Program-made: the position numbers and the translations under genes | Assembly (NCBI GenBank): GCA_963706795.1 | Contig: OY970170.1 | Location: forward strand, 1,140,001 to 1,172,000 | Direction: 5' to 3' | Origin: Candidatus Saccharimonadota bacterium | Lineage (GTDB): Bacteria; Patescibacteriota; Gracilibacteria; BD1-5; UBA2023 | DNA: 32,000 nt | Shown: piece by piece, positions 28,502 to 32,000 of the stretch | Position numbering within the stretch: position 1 is the first letter of the stretch | Layout: every line of letters starts with the position of its first letter | The notes under the pieces: generated by a model | What the model saw: the letters and a program-made list of their open reading frames with translations, nothing else | The model's database searches: none | Told to the model about the DNA's origin: nothing

Positions 28502-29059
28502 TTAAGCTACTTTATAGACATAGATTTTTTGATCGCGGCCGCATTCAATTATTTTATAGGGTTCGATTCACTGAATAAAAAAACTATTTGAATACAAGAG
28601 CGTTCATGGTTGGCACTCAGACTCAATTTTCTGCCATATTTTTAGCATGAGATGAGGGAGTAGGTATGCGTATGCAACATTTACTTCAGCTAAAGAAGCA
28701 TGGAAAAAGTCTTCATTTGAGACGCTGTAATTTCCTTGATATTCCGCCTTTTTTTTGAGTGCGAGATTGTACGGTCGCTTCGAATTTTCGTAGCCGATGA
28801 AATGGTTATTTGGATGCCTTTGGCTCATAGCATACAGAATTTTACCATCTCCGCAGCCAATATCTACAAATGTTTGTCACGGTCGCAGCTCGATATTTTG
28901 GAGAAGCACCTCGAGTTTTGAATCTGGTGTCATTACGAATGGCACTCAATAGCCCGCAAAGATCTGTCTGAATTCTCGGAATGCAAAATACAGCATCACA
29001 AGAACTACTGCACAAACAAATACGAGTGTAAATATGGCGAATACAAGCTGAATAGACAT
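28502..29059 (-). CDS. Membrane-anchored class I SAM-dependent methyltransferase (paralog 1)
   Basis: This 185-aa ORF has 4 in-frame TGAs. It has an N-terminal TM helix (MSIQLVFAIFTLVFVCAVVLVMLYFAF), then [G]VPFVMTP and motif I FVDIGCGDGKIL. It ends …QKIYVYKVA. Its stop is 1 nt before the start of paralog 2. Confidence 0.8.
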
Positions 29060-29148
29060 TCGATCGAGAAATGTAAGATTCCTTTTGTGCTCAGTTTGGT
29101 GTAAATAGTCTTTTTGTAAAGCAAAGCAGAATAGAGTGAATTTCGAAT

Positions 29149-29177
29149 AAAAAAACCGTAATGGTATTACGGTTTTT
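29149..29177. terminator. Terminator-like hairpin inside a divergent intergenic region
   Basis: AAAAACCGTAAT-GGT-ATTACGGTTTTT: a 12-bp stem with A/T-run flanks. It lies between the minus-strand methyltransferase start (29059) and the plus-strand gene start (29247). Confidence 0.5.
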
Positions 29178-29246
29178 AAAAAGGTAAATCGTCTTGTTCT
29201 TCTTCTACGATCTAGGTACAATACACTACGTAATCCTTCAATATTT

Positions 29247-29474
29247 ATGGCTCGCAATTCTACTCATTCTACTGAGGAATCTCAGGAAAATTCTCATAAA
29301 GGGAAAAGACACGGAAGACATCATACATATGTCGGTGTATTTATAGTGATTATCGGATGTCTTTTCCTTCTCGATAATTTTGGGTATCTGCCTCACGATA
29401 TGTGGTCAAAGTATTGGCCGATAGTGATTATCATCCTCGGACTTATGCGAATATTTCGTTCGCATAAAGAGTAA
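29247..29474 (+). CDS. Small two-TM membrane protein (LiaF-N/DUF5668-like), His/Lys-rich N-terminus
   Basis: The 75-aa ORF is MARNSTHSTEESQENSHKGKRHGRHHTYVGVFIVIIGCLFLLDNFGYLPHDMWSKYWPIVIIILGLMRIF. The pattern G..FLLDN.G.L…YWP…I.LG resembles the DUF5668/LiaF N-terminal region. The stop is TAA. Confidence 0.6.
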   Translation: MARNSTHSTEESQENSHKGKRHGRHHTYVGVFIVIIGCLFLLDNFGYLPHDMWSKYWPIVIIILGLMRIFRSHKE

Positions 29475-29475
29475 T

Positions 29476-29504
29476 AAAAAGACCTCCGTCATGGAGGTCT
29501 TTTT
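29476..29504. terminator. Bidirectional rho-independent terminator
   Basis: AAAAAGACCTCC-GTCAT-GGAGGTCTTTTT lies between the convergent stops at 29474 and 29506. Confidence 0.75.
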
Positions 29505-29505
29505 A

Positions 29506-30051
29506 TTACTTCTTACTTACTACTGGCAGCGATGGAATCCGCTCAATAGTATGCGTTTTTGGGAATATAAATAATCCACTTCCATTGGGTGCATGAGTTT
29601 CCTTGGTGTCCCCGTAAAACATTTCTTCAGCTGATCCATAAAACTCTCTTGCTGCCCGCTCGAAAAACGTTACTTGATGGGCGGGCATGATCAGAATAAT
29701 ATTCGTTTTTTTACTTACTTCAGATTGGAGTGTATCTGTAGAGAGCGGTTCCTCGTGATTGAGAACGTAAGATATCTCTGGCCCATGGAGATATTCTTCC
29801 TGTGCTTGCATTGTGTGTGATTGGCCCAGTTCTAGATATAGCTTCTCAAGGATATAATACACTCTCTTGCCGGTTCCCATTGGTTTTTCTCACGGAGAAA
29901 CCAATATCTTTGACGGAGCATACAGTGCGGGCGCACGGTCCAATATATTATATCCTGCAAAATCAGCTTGTAATTTTCAGAGAGTCTTCGATGTATCGCA
30001 GTACCTTACAACAGAAATAAAAGATTCTGTGTTTTTGAACAAGTGTTTCAT
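29506..30051 (-). CDS. Hypothetical protein (181 aa)
   Basis: This extends track ORF 29506..29880 upstream through 2 in-frame TGAs to ATG (complement of 30049-30051): MKHLFKNTESFISVVRYCDTSKTL[G]KLQADFAGYNILDRAPALYAPSKILVSP[G]EKPMGTGKRVYY… It starts 40 nt downstream of the surface-protein stop. I recognise no motif. Confidence 0.5.
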
Positions 30052-30090
30052 ATTGGATACAGTGAGTATTCAAGAATCTTCGATTTTGAT

Positions 30091-32000
30091 CTATTCAACT
30101 TCGTCAATGAATTTTTTGCGTACGTAGCCAGTTCCTTTTTGTGATCGGATTTCAACCCATTCTGAACCATTAAGACGGTCGAGGATAACGATGAGCTCGC
30201 CATGTTTGAGTGGGCTGAGTGATCGTACGATCGGAGAATCTCCATCTGGCTTTGAACGAATATTGAGGTATCGAGCTGCATTGACGCGTGCCCATGTAAC
30301 CTCGTAGTTGAGTTCGTGACCTTGTGCAAAGAGGTATGGATCAGTGCGGGCAATATCCGAATCCTGAAGCGTTCGGAGATAGTCGAGATAGACCCAACCA
30401 TCGACCCCGTCAAATGTTACATGCCCCCAAACTCCTTGTTCCCCAATGAGTTCAACACGGCTATTGCGTGGAAGTGTCGCGAGGAGATCGCCATCCATGC
30501 TTGGTGTCAAGCGAACATTGACCGAGTTTGCAGCGCTGATAAATCGTGCACCACCTTCAAATGTATAGTCTACTGGATTTGTACCATTGGTAGCAGTTGG
30601 AGTATCGACTGCGTCACCATTCTTTACAACATATCCAAGTCCTGGAGCATCAACTGCATGACCAATTGGAGTCTTTGGAACTGTAGGCTTTTTTATCGGA
30701 GTGGTTGGCTTAACTGTTGGCTTTGTCGGTCTAACAATTGGTTTTGTTGTACCCTTCACTGGAGTAGTTGGTGGGTATGGGGTTTTAATTGTTGGAGTTC
30801 CCATGTTACCGATTGCTCCTGTTCCGGTAGTGGTAGTACCGGTACCAGTAGTAGTTGTCCCTGTTCCCGTATTTACTGTAGGAGTAGAAGGTGTTGAAGG
30901 AAATCCAATGAAGATGCTTCCTCCTCCACTTCCACCACCTCCGCTTGATCCAAATGATCCGCCGCCCCCTCCACCAGATGAACCTCCATTACTTCCGCCA
31001 TTTGTGCTTGCTACTGCGAAGAGTGCGGTACCAACTGGAGTATCTGTAATGTTTCCTGCTGCATCAACTGAGTGTACAAATACGTAATAGGTATTTGTTG
31101 GATCTACACCAACAATCGCACCTGAATGACTTGTACCAACTGTTGATCCGCTCCAAATTGTTGTCGCAACAACATTTGAGCCCGTTCCTACATAAAATGT
31201 TGAAGTCGTCGTTTCGTTCGTTGTAAATGTGTAATAACCCGTTGTCACTCCTGCATTAGTAACTCCTGAGAAGCTCTGAGCACTAATTGCGGGTGCGAGT
31301 GCGTCCTGAGTAATTACCACGTTCGTTCCAGTTGATACATTACCTGCGAGGTCAGTTGCCCGAACTACAAAGGTTGTTCCTGTATTTGTAACGAGTGGGA
31401 GAGTGAGCGTATATGCTCCAGTACCACTTGCGATTGTAGAGACCATTCCTGAAGATGTCGCTGTGACTGTTGCTCCTGTCTCAGTCGTACCTGTGAGAAC
31501 GTATGTAAGTGCATTTGTAATTGCTCCCGTTGCCGAGACCGTAAAGCTTGGTGCAACCGAATCTTGAATTACCGCAATCGATCCAGTAAGGGTCGCCGAA
31601 GTGTCAGTGGCCGTTACGAGGAAATTATTTGTCACATTTGCTGTGAGTGGAAGCGTAACACTATATGCCCCCGTTCCAGATACGGTAGTCGAGGCTGATG
31701 CTGTACCGCTGACTGCAATATTTGCATTTGCCTTTGAAGTTCCTGAAATCGTAAATGTATTTGCGCTCGTCGTAATTGGTCCGACCTGCGTAATAGTGAG
31801 TGTGAGTGGAATTGGATCCTGAGTAATTACTACAGATCCCGTTCCTACATTGCCTGCAAGATCAGTTGCAGTGACCAGAAGCGTATTTGCTGCACCAATC
31901 GAGAGTGGTACAACGAGGCTAAATGCTCCTGAACCATCTGCAACTCCACCGACTACTGCGCCAGAACCTCCAGAGATTACAATGCTCGCAAAGGCTTCTG
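30091..32000 (-). CDS. Large surface protein: tandem Ig-like repeats, low-complexity linker, two C-terminal SH3b-like domains (5' end beyond the right edge)
   Basis: The frame is open from the window edge (codons in register from 31998) to TAG 30091-30093, so at least 636 aa. A roughly 85-aa repeat recurs at least 3 times (…SGTGAY(S/T)(V/L)TLPL…ATDLAGN…V(V/I)(I)TQD…P). It is followed by an FN3/Ig-like unit, then a Gly/Ser, TGTGTTTT and Pro/Thr/Lys linker. Two SH3b-like units follow (…VNVRLTPSMDGDLLATLPRNSRVELIGEQGVWGHVTFDGVDGWVYLDYL and …LNIRSKPDGDSPIVRSLSPLKHGELIVILDRLNGSEWVEIRSQKGTGYVRKKFI). The GTG 'start' at 31635 in the track is internal. Confidence 0.8.
   Translation of the reverse strand, partial: EAFASIVISGGSGAVVGGVADGSGAFSLVVPLSIGAANTLLVTATDLAGNVGTGSVVITQDPIPLTLTITQVGPITTSANTFTISGTSKANANIAVSGTASASTTVSGTGAYSVTLPLTANVTNNFLVTATDTSATLTGSIAVIQDSVAPSFTVSATGAITNALTYVLTGTTETGATVTATSSGMVSTIASGTGAYTLTLPLVTNTGTTFVVRATDLAGNVSTGTNVVITQDALAPAISAQSFSGVTNAGVTTGYYTFTTNETTTSTFYVGTGSNVVATTIWSGSTVGTSHSGAIVGVDPTNTYYVFVHSVDAAGNITDTPVGTALFAVASTNGGSNGGSSGGGGGGSFGSSGGGGSGGGSIFIGFPSTPSTPTVNTGTGTTTTGTGTTTTGTGAIGNMGTPTIKTPYPPTTPVKGTTKPIVRPTKPTVKPTTPIKKPTVPKTPIGHAVDAPGLGYVVKNGDAVDTPTATNGTNPVDYTFEGGARFISAANSVNVRLTPSMDGDLLATLPRNSRVELIGEQGVWGHVTFDGVDGWVYLDYLRTLQDSDIARTDPYLFAQGHELNYEVTWARVNAARYLNIRSKPDGDSPIVRSLSPLKHGELIVILDRLNGSEWVEIRSQKGTGYVRKKFIDEVE
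30661..31008 (-). repeat. Low-complexity coding repeats within the surface protein
   Basis: The segment encodes TNGGSNGGSSGGGGGGSFGSSGGGGSGGGS, then TGTGTTTTGTGTTTTGTG, then TPYPPTTPVKGTTKPIVRPTKPTVKPTTPIKKPTVPKTP. The DNA shows short tandem units such as GGTACCGGTACCAGTAGTAGTTGT-type repeats. Confidence 0.8.

Noticed and set aside
28114-28578. A 154-aa plus-strand ORF lies in the region between the MCP and the surface protein.
   Set aside because: It is antisense to two methyltransferase genes that are clearly supported once TGA is read as Gly (motif I DLGCGDG/DIGCGDG). The plus-strand translation has no motifs.
29060-29257. The methyltransferase ORF could extend upstream (track ORF 28946..29257 starting MRAINIEGL…).
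   Set aside because: The extension runs through the terminator-like hairpin at 29149-29177 and is Arg/Phe-rich with low complexity. The internal ATG at 29059 starts directly with the TM helix, like its paralog.
1-32000. I looked for CRISPR arrays, rRNA genes, transposase or integrase genes and IS-type terminal inverted repeats.
   Set aside because: I saw no regularly spaced direct repeats, no rRNA-like sequence and no recombinase-like ORF under either genetic code. The only mobile-element-like trace is the 22-nt tRNA-Pro duplication reported above.

Overview
This window only makes sense if TGA is read as glycine (translation table 25, known from Gracilibacteria and Absconditabacteria/SR1). 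I counted about 60 in-frame TGAs in 22 genes. Many fall on invariant Gly positions (Lgt, PilB, PilT, RecJ, TyrRS, methyltransferase motif I), and every re-joined gene ends in TAA or TAG. The supplied standard-code ORF track therefore splits intact genes, and I re-stitched them by hand. From left to right the window contains: a His-rich protein (partial), a DUF2130 protein, a pseudopilin-MazE-MazF string, cysS, a LemA-like protein, a polyprenyl-phosphate sugar transferase and a 995-aa UvrD-type helicase with a C-terminal PD-(D/E)XK nuclease. A long minus-strand string follows: secreted protein, rhomboid, lgt, AMMECR1-like, membrane protein, lspA, a frameshifted tyrS, clpP and two type IV pilins. 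It faces a divergent plus-strand type IV pilus operon (pilB, a SpoIIE/PP2C phosphatase, pilC, pilT) followed by recJ. Next is a four-tRNA cluster (Gly-UCC, Ile-GAU, Pro-UGG, Glu-UUC) with a duplicated tRNA-Pro 3' end. The right end is an accessory-looking block: a stand-alone MCP gene that looks horizontally acquired, two tandem membrane-anchored SAM methyltransferases, small hypothetical genes, and a large Ig-repeat/SH3b surface protein running off the right edge. The most interesting leads are the phosphatase inside the pilus operon, the SD-bearing UGA-free MCP next to the tRNA cluster, the tRNA-Pro att-like duplication, the tyrS frameshift, the tandem methyltransferases, and the uneven use of UGA-Gly. 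All homology calls come from reading motifs by eye; no searches were run.
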